Shown: positions 25,548-38,451 of the stretch, in pieces
How the letters are laid out: every line of letters starts with the position of its first letter
How positions within the stretch are numbered: the first letter of the stretch is position 1
Source: Haliotis rufescens
Lineage: Eukaryota
NCBI RefSeq assembly: GCF_023055435.1
Contig: NW_025963813.1
Span: 12,524,001-12,588,000 of the forward strand
Direction of reading: 5' to 3'
DNA length: 64,000 nucleotides
Made by a program: the position numbers and the translations under genes
Notes under the pieces: model-generated
The model's input: only the letters and a program-made list of their open reading frames with translations
Database searches by the model: none
What the model was told of the DNA's origin: nothing

Positions 25548-27576
25548 AAAACACCTGTGGGGAGACAGGGCTCAAAATAGCAATATATAACATGTACCGG
25601 TGCAATCTATTATTGAAAAATGCAACCTAACATGTATGTCCATATTTTTTTATTTTTTTACTTCTAACTAACCACTTCTTGACCATCAATCTTGCATTCA
25701 ATAAATTTATCTGAACCTAAGGACAAAAGCCTGTTCCTCTACATAGGTCTGAGGTCCTGTTATCAGTGAAATACAAGTCACCTCTACAAGGCCATAGCAT
25801 TAGTTATTACTAAAAAACATGACTTGGGAACCTTTAATTCCAATTTTTCTGTATTGTTTTGCTTTTTTATTTAGCAAGAAAGTAAATCTATAAATGTAAG
25901 CTTGAATCCTATGTCCTAGGTGACCTGTTGTGGCTACACCCCCTTTGTGCCTCGATGTATGAAGAAGTCCACAGGCCATGGTGACCACAGCTATGTTAAC
26001 CAAGTGGGTGTGTATAGGTGCTTGTACTAGTCCAGACTAGTGCTAATCCACTGATATACCGCTCTATGCACTAGATGCCTCTGTACATTTTACAGCTAGT
26101 CTTACTGTCAGAATCTGTGAATTTTTATTTATCATGACATCCACGTTTCCATGGTGAAAACATAATTATTATTAACACGATGAGAATATCAGGCACCTAT
26201 CCTGGAAATTAAGTTTTGATGCAAGTTGATTGAGATGAAATGTGCTTTTCTGCCAAATAAAAAAAATACATATTGATGTCCATAAAAAACACAGGCTTTA
26301 GAACTGAAATGAAGTTCTAATCTTAGCTTTTGTACACTTTGCACTGCACTTCGTCATGTTTCATGATGTTCATTGATGCTCAATAAATATTAGGAAACTA
26401 CCATATTTACTCTTTTAGACACCCCATCGTCTATAAATTTCCTCATCCCAAATTCTACAATCACACGAAAGGTACATAAAATTTGCAGGGAACAGTCATT
26501 GTAAATCACCAACACATCACAGTATAAAATAGGTAACTGTTATGTTAGGCATTCATTAATTTCATCACAGTGTGTGGGAGGAAAGACTGAAGTGATGCAG
26601 ATCTCAGACATTTACCACTTTGGTGAAAACCCACAAGCACAGGTATGGTGCAGAGCACTGCAGACAAACCAAGAAATAAAATCATGCAAGCTTGGATTCA
26701 AACCCACAAACAAAGGAATCTGGCGAGTCGGAGACACTACACTGCACCGCAATAGTGGTTCCTTAGACAACTGAGCCACCAGTGCCCCACAGCTTGTTTT
26801 AACAACCTATAAGCTCACCTACCATGTGTAGTATTTGTCTGCCTATTCAAATTACTATATTTGGTGCGGTCCAACAATATCTGATTATCCTAATTACACA
26901 ATTACTATAACTCTCTTTCATAAAGGGCACTTATTACAATGTCTAGACCTAAACTATCAATGGGGTAACATGAGAGTGGAGTGCCATTGAACCAGCTATT
27001 TATTATATGAAACAAAAGTGAAGACAAGTTTGAAAACTATCCCTGCATATAATATAAAGCATCTAAAAGTCTGTTTCACATTTAACCAATGAAACATGAG
27101 AAGACATGTGCAGTGTATTAAGCAATTATTCTGTCTCGCTTGTCAGTTAGTTTACACCAGAACTGATCCCGACAGAATGAATTTGGCACACTCATAATAT
27201 ACACACACAAATATGAATTTATTTCAGAAATAATGCAATTCATAATAAGGTCATATGACGGATGGTGGGTAGTTTATGTCCGCTTCTAACAGTTTAGCTC
27301 TACCTCAGTTTGACCAAAGATGGCAACTAGACTCTATTTCCATTATTCCGATAGATGCAAAAGCCGATATTCCAAATGAGCGTTCTAAAACTCTAAAATC
27401 TTGCTCAGGCGGACGTTTCTATTTCACTTGCACCATGCACGCTGAAGGCAGTGAAGCTGTCTGCAAGTCTGAAAATCTTGAATTCAAGATAATGTCACTC
27501 GGCTTGTGGCATCCAACAAAACATTCGCGTTTGAAAAGAAAAAGCTTGCATAAATGCAAAAAGAAAATTATCTACC

Positions 27577-27770
27577 TGCAGCTTTCGCGATTCCTGTAAC
27601 TGTTGCGTCCCAATGTTTGCACTGGCGATCGAACTTTCGAAAGATTTATTTTATCCAACAAAAGCATTAAAGACTCTTTCGTGTTTCAAGGAAGATAACT
27701 CTAAATTAAGTGCTATTCGGTAATCGGTATACCACTAGTGATAAAACTTGTCTCGCGAAACATCCCCAGA
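27577..27770 (-). promoter_or_regulatory. Possible non-coding first exon and promoter of the zinc-finger gene
   Basis: Minus-strand donor CAG|GTAGA near 27577, local CpG enrichment, TCTCGCGA-like motifs near 27583 and 27751. Confidence 0.35.
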
Positions 27771-28164
27771 CAAGTATATCGATATATTACATATTACCGT
27801 TGAGATAACATTAATGGCGCGATTTAATTAAAAATATGATAATTCAAAATACATGTCCACCGAATAATGTCCTAAATCAGCAACAAAAATATTTAAATAA
27901 CAGTCTATTTATATTTTGCTTGAGATACCACTATATATCATGAGGGGCAGATGCCAGCTTCTTATTGATTCAAGTGTTCGCTGGTGTACTTTGTCGTGAT
28001 ATTGCTAAAAGGCGAAAAACTCACTGATAACCCATACTGGTAGAAAGGTATGTTCATTCAATAAATTAATTTAACATCAAACACATTCTTGATTGGATAG
28101 TATAGAGACAGAACTTGCTTGTAATGAAGCTTTTACAGTAATGCAGACAAATATATCAGTAGCA

Positions 28165-30375
28165 TTGGTATGGTGAAGTGAGGCGAAACGGGATTTAACG
28201 ATGAGTCCAAGACGCATGCGTGCGTGCGTGCTTGAGTGAGTGAGTGAGTGTGCTTGTACTTATGCCGGTTTTTAGTGCTAGCCGAGTGAGTGAGTGTGCT
28301 TGTAGTAGTGCCGGTTTTTAGTGCTAGCCGAGTGAGTGAGTGTGCTTGTACTTATGCCGGTTTTTAGTGCTAGCCGAGTGAGTGAGTGTGCTTGTAGTAG
28401 TGCCGGTTTTTAGTGCTAGCCGAGTGAGTGAGTGTGCTTGTACTTATGCCGGTTTTTAGTGCTAGCCGAGTGAGTGAGTGTGCTTGTACTTATGCCGGTT
28501 TTTAGTGCTAGCCGAGTGAGTGAGTGTGCTTGTAGTAGTGCCGGTTTTTAGTGCTAGCCGAGTGAGTGAGTGTGCTTGTACTTATGCCGGTTTTTAGTGC
28601 TAGCCGAGTGAGTGAGTGTGCTTGTACTTATGCAGGTTTTTAGTGCTAGCCGAGTGAGTGAGTGTGCTTGTAGTAGTGCCGGTTTTTAGTGCTAGCCGAG
28701 TGAGTGAGTGTGCTTGTACTTATGCCGGTTTTTAGTGCTAGCCGAGTGAGTGAGTGTGCTTGTACTTATGCAGGTTTTTAGTGCTAGCCGAGTGAGTGAG
28801 TGTGCTTGTACTTATGCCGGTTTTTAGTGCTAGCCGAGTGAGTGAGTGTGCTTGTAGTAGTGCCGGTTTTTAGTGCTAGCCGAGTGAGTGAGTGTGCTTG
28901 TACTTATGCCGGTTTTTAGTGCTAGCCGAGTGAGTGAGTGTGCTTGTACTTATGCCGGTTTTTAGTGCTAGCCGAGTGAGTGAGTGTGCTTGTAGTAGTG
29001 CCGGTTTTTAGTGCTAGCCGAGTGAGTGAGTGTGCTTGTACTTATGCCGGTTTTTAGTGCTAGCCGAGTGAGTGAGTGTGCTTGTACTTATGCAGGTTTT
29101 TAGTGCTAGCCGAGTGAGTGAGTGTGCTTGTAGTAGTGCCGGTTTTTAGTGCTAGCCGAGTGAGTGAGTGTGCTTGTACTAATGCCGGTTTTTAGTGCTA
29201 GCCGAGTGAGTGAGTGTGCTTGTACTTATGCAGGTTTTTAGTGCTAGCCGAGTGAGTGAGTGTGCTTGTAGTAGTGCCGGTTTTTAGTGCTAGCCGAGTG
29301 AGTGAGTGTGCTTGTACTTATGCCGGTTTTTAGTGCTAGCCGAGTGAGTGAGTGTGCTTGTAGTAGTGCCGGTTTTTAGTGCTATCCGAGTGAGTGAGTG
29401 TGCTTGTAGTAGTGCCGGTTTTTAGTGCTAGCCGAGTGAGTGAGTGTGCTTGTACTTATGCCGGTTTTTAGTGCTAGCCGAGTGAGTGAGTGTGCTTGTA
29501 GTAGTGCCGGTTTTTAGTGCTAGCCGAGTGAGTGAGTGTGCTTGTACTTATGCCGGTTTTTAGTGCTAGCCGAGTGAGTGAGTGTGCTTGTAGTAGTGCC
29601 GGTTTTTAGTGCTAGCCGAGTGAGTGAGTGTGCTTGTAGTAGTGCCGGTTTTTAGTGCTAGCGGAGTGAGTGAGTGTGCTTGTACTTATGCCGGTTTTTA
29701 GTGCTAGCCGAGTGAGTGAGTGTGCTTGTAGTAGTGCCGGTTTTTAGTGCTAGCCGAGTAAGTGAGTGTGCTTGTACTTATGCCGGTTTTTAGTGCTAGC
29801 CGAGTGAGTGAGTGTGCTTGTAGTAGTGCCGGTTTTTAGTGCTAGCCGAGTGAGTGAGTGTGCTTGTAGTAGTGCCGGTTTTTAGTGCTAGCCGAGTGAG
29901 TGAGTGTGCTTGTACTTATGCCGGTTTTTAGTGCTAGCCGAGTGAGTGAGTGTGCTTGTACTTATGCCGGTTTTTAGTGCTAGCCGAGTGAGTGAGTGTG
30001 CTTGTACTTATGCCGGTTTTTAGTGCTAGCTGAGTGAGTGAGTGTGCTTGTAGTAGTGCCGGTTTTTAGTGCTAGCGGAGTGAGTGAGTGTGCTTGTACG
30101 TATGCCGGTTTTTAGTGCTAGCCGAGTGAGTGAGTGTGCTTGTAGTAGTGCCGGTTTTTAGTGCTAGCCCGCTGAGATACAAAGCCGCTCCTTCACATGG
30201 ATACCCTTCTCCGACACAGAAAACTGAATCTGAGCCGACCATTCCTTTTCATGTGAGTTATATGCAGGCAGAATAACAACACGCACCGTCTTTTGGAACG
30301 ACGCGGCCAGGGATTAAACCACCGAACTTCCGCTCGCAGAGGAGACTCTCTATTCACTGGGCCATGGAGGCGGTC
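28165..30375 (-). mobile_element. SINE family D (tRNA head + Meta-domain-like body) split by an internal minisatellite
   Basis: Head and body at 30375-30170 (A/B-box-like; GGTCGGCTC..TATCTCAG..GCTAGCACTA), tail at ~28215-28165 (CTTGGAC..CGTTAAA..TCACC); collinear with the copy at 36390-36605. Confidence 0.75.
28238..30169. repeat. 46-bp minisatellite, about 42 units (GAGTGAGTGAGTGTGCTTGTACTTATGCCGGTTTTTAGTGCTAGCC)
   Basis: Head-to-tail array with two main variants (TACTTATG / TAGTAGTG) and no spacers. Confidence 0.97.
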
Positions 30376-30424
30376 GTACAATCAGTATAAATAAGCAGGG
30401 TAAAACAACGCCGCTCATCCGTTC

Positions 30425-30704
30425 GTGAGTGAGTGAGTTGGGTTTAACGCCGCTTTTAACAGTATTACAGTCATTTCGCGGCGTGTCAGCTTAATGTGGG
30501 AGGAAAACCCGAAGTGATGCAGGTCTCAGACAATTACCACTTCGGTGAAAACCACGAGAACTGGTATGGTGCTGACAAACCTAGAAACATAATCGGGGCG
30601 AACCGGGATTCGAACCTACAATCATAGGTTTCTGGCGGGGGAAAGGAACGCAACTCTGTACAGCGAATCGAGGCGCATCAGACGACTGGGCCACCCGTGC
30701 CCCC
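30425..30704 (-). mobile_element. SINE family B
   Basis: Full-length reverse-complement match. Confidence 0.88.
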
Positions 30705-30800
30705 TTATCCGATAGTCCCGAGGTGAGTGAACATTTGGACTACTGGGGACTACTTGGATTATATGACCAAATCTAGTTGAGTTCCGAAGTCCACTGGTTT

Positions 30801-30968
30801 GAGGGTGGTCGGGTAGCCTTGTGGTTTAAGCGTTCGCTCGTCACGCCGAAGACCCGGGTTCGATTCCCGACATGGGTACAATTTGTGAAGCCCATTTCTG
30901 GTGTCCCCCGCCGTGATATTGCTGGAATATTGCTAAAAGCGGCGTAAAACCAAACTCACTCACTCACT
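30801..30968 (+). mobile_element. SINE family A (tRNA-derived, ~170 bp), full-length copy
   Basis: A box GTAGCCTTGTGG, B box GGTTCGATTCC, tail GCTGGAATATTGCTAAAAGCGGCGTAAAACC(ACTC)n, TSD CCACTGGT(T/C)TGA. Confidence 0.9.
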
Positions 30969-31312
30969 CCACTGGTCTGAAATAAACTGTGGAATGGTTG
31001 TGCTTAACTCATGGTGTCTACCTCAACTCATGGTGTCTACCTCGATGTTGACTTATTATTAAAAACTTGAGAACTCATTGGTGATATCAGGTTCAGCACG
31101 TGCATATATGAAATGAAAACAACATATTTTTTAACAACTATTCATTTAATTTTATTCAACATCTGTATTTTTCGACTTAAATCTATTATAAATCAAATGG
31201 TAAACATTGTAAACAGCAGTAACAAAGTTGTAAATATATTTTTGTATAGGTAAATGTAAAGTTTTCCCAAACGTTCCATTATAAAAAGTACTCAGGAACA
31301 GAACAAGTCCAT

Positions 31313-31560
31313 ACAGTAGAACCCCGCTTATCCGGGCACTTGCGCTTTTCAAGGAATGGTCCTGATAAACGAATATAATGTTTTCGTTTTGCATTAATCT
31401 TGTCCGGTGTGCGGGGTTCCGGATAAGTGGAATCCGGACAAGCGGTGTTCCAATATGCATCGGAAATTTTAAATTATTTTTTGGTTTACTTTTTAAAACT
31501 TTTCCCGTCTGCGGGGTTTCAGGCTAAGCTGGATTCGGGCAAGCGGGGTTCCACCGTGTA
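31313..31560. mobile_element. Tc1/mariner-like MITE (another at ~51724-51908)
   Basis: TA-CAGTAGAACCCCGCTT ... AAGCGGGGTTCCACCG..TA. Confidence 0.65.
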
Positions 31561-32209
31561 TGATAAATATATGCAAGCACCTTGCAAAATAGTTTTGCGC
31601 TCAACAGGTATTGGTCTCATGCATAACCAACACAGATTTTTATAAATAACTCACATATGTGCATTGATAAACAAACAGCACCATAATACACCGGGAATCC
31701 AAATATAGACAAAATGTATGTAAATCTTGCTCCTTCGCCATCTCTGGGCGTGAGTGCATCCGCCTTGCTGTGCACCCAATCGGGGACGTGGCGCCATTCC
31801 AAACAAGCATTCAACAGATACATTACTGCCCTCTGTTTCAAAGGGTTTTTATGTGCATCATTGGTCGGTACAGCGTTAACAGACGAGGAGAGACTTGGAA
31901 ATTAAATTTCAGCCTTGTTGTTCGGAGGTACGGAGATTTTACCTGTAGGAGTGGGGGATGAGTAGACAAGGGAGACTGTCCAAAGATGGACTGATTGACG
32001 GACGGATGGATGGATGGATGGATTGATGGATATACAGAATGGATGAAAAGAAACGATTCGGATGTTTGACGGAAGCCGTTAGTGATATGCGCATAAGGTT
32101 TGACTTTATGTCTGCCGACTATACGTTGTTGAAAGGTTGACGTCAGATATATATATTGAAAATGTTCATTATAAATTCATCCATCCATGTTTACTAGTCC
32201 GATCCATCT

Positions 32210-34952
32210 TTAATCACGAGACACCCTTGTCCCCTGCAGATCCCGAGACTTGCGACCAATATCCTGCACACCCTGGCGGGGAAGCCGAAGACTATCCACA
32301 GAAGTCGCACCACGGATTGGTGGTAAGGCCAGTGGAATTCTGCTCTGTCGTCTGCTGGGAGCATTTCTCCGTGGACATGTTGGAGGAGTTGGGACCATTG
32401 TCCCGAGTTGTGGCAGATGAACCGGAGATTTGCTTTGTTTCTTCTCATGTGATTCAACTGTCGTCTGCTTGTGAGGTGTGACCGTTTTGTTGTTCTCTGT
32501 GATAGGCGGCAGATGAGGCCGATCCGCCCTGGACCTGCCAGTGTATGGGCGTCGTCTGGCTGATCCCGCCCGGCCATTGTCGGGAGCTGTGGGAGGTCTT
32601 GGAGCTATTGCCTCTCTCACGTTCTCAACATCCGGAAATTCCTCATCCTCAATCTCTTCCCCTTCCATGTTCTTCCAGGTTTTCCTCAGAAAATTGTTGT
32701 CCAGAACAGTCTGGAAATAAGAGGCCCTCAGTCGCTTGTTTTCATCTTGGAGGGAATGCAACCTGTCAATGACCTTCTTCAGTGGCTTGTATTTGTCCAG
32801 ACGCGTCTTCAGTCCCAGAATCTTCTCCTGGTTTTTGTCCCAGTTCCACTTGTAGTTGTCGTATTCTACGTGGTAGAATTCGGCGTTCTTCTCAATCCGG
32901 GCATTTCTTCTCTGCATCACACGGAGTTGTCTTCCCACCTGTTCCATCTCCTTTTTGTAGTCCGCCGCGAGACTCTGAAGGTGCTTCATGAAGCTGTAAG
33001 AGCAGACGTGGATGTTTTCATCAGATTTGTTGGCAACGTGAAGACAGGTCTTAATTTTTTCTGGTTATTGCTCAATGAAAAGAATAAACATTTAATAATC
33101 AACAGACATGTGGGTAACGTAAGATAAGTCTTAATTATTGTTTTATTGTTGCTCAGTGAAACAAATGAACTATGGATTTTTTACGACCGAATGTGACATC
33201 CAAAACTTAACGTGACACATTAACATGGTTTTGTAGGTTTTAATGAAACATTATATTAACGAAAATAAACTGTTTCTAAATTTATACGCTTAATTTTTTA
33301 TTTTGATAAAATATAATATGTATTGATTTCAAACTAATGTATAACACACAGATTGAATATTCTGAATATGACACAGAATTAACGTTTAATGGTCGTTCTG
33401 TCTGCCAATCTCTATGTAATACTGCCTACGATGCCTACCATTCCTCTTCGCTGAGTTTTGGGTTTTCTGGTCTCTTTGGACTTGCGTTGAAAGCACCAGC
33501 TTGAAACAAAACAATGACCAGTGAAATAAATTAGAGAATTACATTAACTAGACACATGTACTAGAGTATTTTTAATGAAGAACACGCAGTTTGAAAATAT
33601 CTCCTGTATGTTTCTTTTAAAAAAAAGTATCGTCTCAACCGTAAGGATATTAGTACCTTTAGTCTCTTTCATGATCGCCGTAATATTGCAACGATTATGT
33701 GCTTCTAGTGAGTGAGTGAGTATGGTTTTACACCGCTTTTAGCAATATTCCAGCAATATAACGGCGGGGGACACCAGAAATGGGATTCACACATTGTACC
33801 CATGTCGGGAATCGAACCCGGGTCTTAGGCGTCACGAGCGAACGCTTTAACCACTAGGCTACCCGACCGCCCCATATGTGTTTCTAATGCACTCAACCGC
33901 TGTTACAGGGCGCACAGAAATTATTTCATCGAAATTTACGCTAAAGCCATAGACAGACCCTTTTAAACTTTATATGAAATTAAGTAAGGATAGGTTCTAA
34001 CACCGTTATCAAACAAGTGATATATAGAGCAAGGTTGACAATTATATATACAGGTAGGAGGCAATGTTTATACAGTAGAGTAGATATCAGATGTAGTTAT
34101 ACTGGAGTGGAGAGGCCTGTTATGTACACAAATTCGTAGAACAGACATTACCGGCGAAGTCAGTAACATAAAAATTAAAAAAACCTACAAAAAGCCATCG
34201 ATATCCAAAGACTACAAACGTCGATCAACCGTGACCAAGAAATTGTTAACCTTCATGAAGAGATATTCGGAAATGTACCAATTCATAAATGTTGTGATAA
34301 AAAAAGAGAACACAATGTTGTGGATAAGCACCATAAAGGAAGGATTTTAAGTGAGTGAGTGAGTATGGATTTACGCCGCTTTTAGCAATATTCCAGCAAT
34401 ATCACAGCGGGGAACACCAGAAATGGTTTCACACATTGTACTCATGTCGGGAATCAAAACCTGATCTTCGGCACGACGAGCGAACGCTTTTACCACGAGG
34501 CTACCCGACCACCTCATGAAGGATTTTGAACTGGTACGATTTGTCTTGTACTGCATCTCGTTTTACCTTCAGATGACAGCTGTTCATTTCGAGAGCAAAA
34601 ATATGAAGACCTTTGAACTGCTTTCTTATATTGTGTTCATTTGTTATATTAGCCGATATTAATCTCTGTACATATATCTTGTAATTCATACACAACATAA
34701 TGCGGTTATAACGATGACAATACAATGACGTAACAAATAATGCTGAGTAATATCGCTTAGGATTGTAATTGTCACTTCACAATACACCGTAAAAATTGCG
34801 TCCATATAATGAGACATTTTAATATATTAATTTCAAAAACATTACTTACCACTGACAGGCGTAGGAGATCGGGACTCTTCGGGCAACTCCGGGATGGGAG
34901 ACAGAACCTGTGTCCCGGCTCTCATGGCTATTTTGCGAAGCAACCGACCCAT
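32210..34952 (-). CDS. Uncharacterised coiled-coil + Pro/Arg-rich protein, paralog B, 315 aa; coding exons 34952-34850, 33499-33439, 32993-32210
   Basis: Reverse-strand homolog of paralog A with the same splice phases; the exon-2 acceptor is shifted 3 nt; the reading frame is open. Confidence 0.85.
33707..33873 (-). mobile_element. SINE family A (intron of paralog B); a second copy lies at 34350-34513
   Basis: Full-length matches with imperfect TSDs; absent from the corresponding intron of paralog A. Confidence 0.88.
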
Positions 34953-35239
34953 CTGAAAAGAACAAGAAGAAATATGAACTATTTTGAACTTGATTAGTAG
35001 AAACAAATCAGCGTAGATATGAAAATATATGATAATAGTATGTGTTGAAAGAAAGGAAAGTTTCGAATTAGCGTTGGACCAGTAATCTCCCCGACAGAAC
35101 TTCAATGATACTATCCCACATTAAAGGTCATTGGCTTCAACATCAGCAAAGTTCTGTCAAATTTGAAGAATCTATCAATAATGTGAAAGCAAAAAACAGA
35201 CAGGAGACATGAATAATCACTAGTCCGCCTGAAACATCA

Positions 35240-36390
35240 ATGCTTCCGCCGCCATGCTGTATCATACGGATAAAGTACGCCGCAAGCACGAACAGTCACA
35301 TACCAACAATCATTTATACCTTCTTCAATCAAATTATGGAATGAGTTACCCCCTGAATACAGAAGTGCAACATCATTATCAAATTTTAAACACATGATTA
35401 AAACAACCATTACAGCTCCACCTCCATACTTCTCAATCGGCAACCGTAGAGCTAATATTTTACATACACGCCTAAGGCATTCTTGCAGTTCCCTAAATGC
35501 AGACCTCTTTAAAGTAAATTTATCTGATACTTTGTCCTGCTCTTGTGGAAACCCATGTGAAAACAACATACACTTTTTCCTTGAATGTCCCAATTACACC
35601 ATTCCCAGAAATATCATGTTCGCTAACATTATAAAAGCTGGAACTACATGTACAATACAAAATATTCTCTACGGTGATGTAACCTCATCTTCAACAGCGT
35701 TCAAAAATATATACTGTCGACTAATAGATTCGAGTAACCCTTTATCATTAATACAGAATATCGCTCTGCGACCATTTATTATTAATTACGCCATCAGTGA
35801 ATAAACTGCATGCATGTATATGAATACAGTTGTATCTCTGCCTCCTTCTGTAAACATAATGTTTACGGGTATATATACCCTGGTGTATGTGTGTAAATAT
35901 GTGTATGTATATATATGTATGCATGCGTATTCAAGGGTATATGTGTATGTATGTACATGTAGTGTGTGTAGGTATGCATATGTGTACATGTACATAAGTG
36001 TATGTATGATTGTGTAATTATATATGTAGTTTTGCATGTATTTTGGATTAATGTGTACATACAAGTAAACTGTGTCTATAGACAATTCTTATGCATGACT
36101 GTCTATGTTATGGAGTCTATGTTTATGTTCTTGTGTAAATATATTTCTCTTTGTTACTTCTCTTTGTAATAAGTGTATATGTATCTGAGTATGTGTATGT
36201 ATGTATGTATGTATGTATGATTGTGTGTATATATGATTATGTGTATATGTATGTATATGTGTATATATATGTATAATCAATGTCTGTACATATAGAGTAG
36301 GGAAAGGGCCACCTAAGTTGGATAACTTTTGCCCAATCCCGTTGACCATATATGTCAATAAAATATGTTTAAAACAAAACAAACAAAACA
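35240..36390 (+). mobile_element. 5'-truncated CR1-like LINE (ORF2 C-terminus + 3' UTR) in the 5' intron of paralog B
   Basis: Translation RTVTYQQSFIPSSIKLWNELP...HTRLRHSCSSLNADLF...CSCGNPCENNIHFFLEC is typical of a LINE ORF2 end; TA/TG-rich 3' UTR ending AATAAAATATGTTT(AAAC)n. Confidence 0.8.
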
Positions 36391-36605
36391 AGGACTGGTC
36401 GGCTCGGGGTCAGTATACTGTGTCTGAGTTGGGTATTCATGTTAAACTGCGGCATGGTATCTCAGTGAGCTAGCACTATAAATCGGCATCAGTCCGGACT
36501 AGTACAAGCAGCCACACACACACGTGCATGCACGTCGCTATATAAGTGCAATAATCTTGGACGCGACGTTAAACCCAATTTCACCTCACCTCACCTCACC
36601 TCACC
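36390..36605 (+). mobile_element. SINE family D, 5'-truncated
   Basis: GACTGGTCGGCTCGG..CAGTGAGCTAGCACTATAAA..CTAGTACAAGC..CGTTAAACCC..(TCACC)n, resembling the MetaSINE body. Confidence 0.72.
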
Positions 36606-36680
36606 AAATGCAGACTGAACAAATAATTCTGTTTTTGGTTTCATCAATTTCTAAGAAATAAAACCTCTTTATATAAAAAC

Positions 36681-36840
36681 TTACCACTGTAAAGTGATGG
36701 TGTGTATCCAATAAATATATTTATCCCAGTGTCTTCGGTAATCAGACAAAACGTCGCTGTAGGTACAGAGCTGGCAGCAACGTATCCACGCCACCGCGAT
36801 CACTAGGGGGTCTGATTGTCGTGACGTCATATCACGTGAC
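36681..36840 (-). promoter_or_regulatory. Putative promoter and non-coding first exon of paralog B, with CRE (36822-36829) and adjacent E-box
   Basis: Homologous to 8550-8712, with a conserved donor GTAAG near 36684. Confidence 0.6.
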
Positions 36841-38451
36841 GAGTTTGTTGTAGCGGAAGTAGAGTTATCAGTGCGTCTCAGTTGAACATCCCGCGCTGAG
36901 AACTTTTCTGTTCAGACTCCAACCGTATGCTTGAGTTGGGAGGTCACCTTATAAAATTACACAGGCCAGTGTATTCTTATTTGTATTCCCAGACCTGTCA
37001 ACTCGATCTCAAGTATAGGAGTGAGTCTCAATATATTCAACCTAATATGGCTCTAATATCAAGATTAATTAGTCTCAAGCCAAATCCAATTTTGTTTGAA
37101 GAAATATATCTTCATCAATGATGCATAAAAGACTCTTCGAGTCCTTGAATACAGTTGAATGAGGTTTGTCACATTTTTCTTTCTGCGTGTCCCTGGACAC
37201 CGTAAATTAAAACTCAACATGTACGTTTATATGTTCTTCCTCCTTTATGCGATTAGTTTTCTACTAAGAATCAATTTGGCATTGAAAAAAAACATCGCAA
37301 AGGACCATTTGTAGTGGGGAGTTGTCTCATATCTCATTATCAGAGCTGGTACAGGCCAAAGTGACGATGGCTTTTTTGTTTCTCCGGTCGCTATTTTAAG
37401 ACGAAGCCAACCCAGTGAAAAACGTCCCAAACCTCTTTGTGTCGTTTTGTAAGATATGTCGTCGTCATCAGCTGCTGGAAAGACCTTCAACATTTTAATT
37501 GTTCTTATTTGTAGGAAATTAAATTTCCAAAATGTGTATCTTCATGTATTAGACGTAAGTGTTAGTGTGTAAGAGAAATAATAGTCAACATATGTAACGA
37601 CTTCTTTGCGCAAACATTTCGCTGTTTTCAAATACCCCCAATCTAGATCAATCTTGATAAACAAACAAAATTTATGATAATGGTTTTCCCAAAGACAAAA
37701 AGCTATAACTACATTTTGAGTACAAGGGCAAATTTCAAGATTGATGTAAATACCGCTTCCACACTCGTGGCAGCGATGTTACCGAGAGTGTAACGAAGGT
37801 GTCACGCGCTGGGAAGGAGCTTGTGGCCGTTCATGTTCAAAGGGAAGTATCTCTAGTTACGTCAATCAAACGGCGCTGACAGCATACAACACCTCAAGAG
37901 TTTTGTTCCCAAAGGAAGGTAAATGTGTTTAGAAAAATGTAAACCGTTACTACATTTGGGGTTAGAGGGAAAATTTCAAGATTCTTGTTATGGCCGCGAC
38001 CACACTGGTGGCAGCGATGTTACCGAGAGTGTAACGAAGGTGTCACGCGCTGGGAAGGAGTTTGGTTGGGTTATGGTCAAAGGGAAGTAATCATGTTTGT
38101 ACGAGAGTGTTTATACATGAGTTAACTCCCTTGCCTGAACGTACTATCGCCGTGAGGAGCTTGAACTCCGAGCAGTGTCACGCTTAAAACTTCACACACT
38201 GCTTTAATAAAATGGAGCTAACCGCGTTTAACAAATCAATAGTTATGTCCCCTGTTCCAAAGGGAGGTAAGTGTGTTTAGCAAATGGTAAACAAGATTTA
38301 CAGTTACTTCCCTTTGACCACTAATGGCACAGCTCCTCAAATCCAATTCGTCGTATGGATGTAGTATGAATGTAACGGAATAAGGTACCCGAGTTTATCT
38401 GAAATCGTTGGTGGGCGGCCCATGAAACCACATCCGTATCCACTCGGCACA

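Noticed and set aside
28238-30169. CRISPR-like array (also 57350-59383)
   Set aside because: Units are contiguous with no unique spacers, there are no cas genes, and the context is eukaryotic.
30801-30875. tRNA gene (Asp-like)
   Set aside because: No proper acceptor stem; it is continuous with a SINE body and tail, flanked by a TSD and present in many diverged copies.
35394-35804. Host gene from the 136-aa ORF
   Set aside because: It is the C-terminus of a truncated LINE ORF2.
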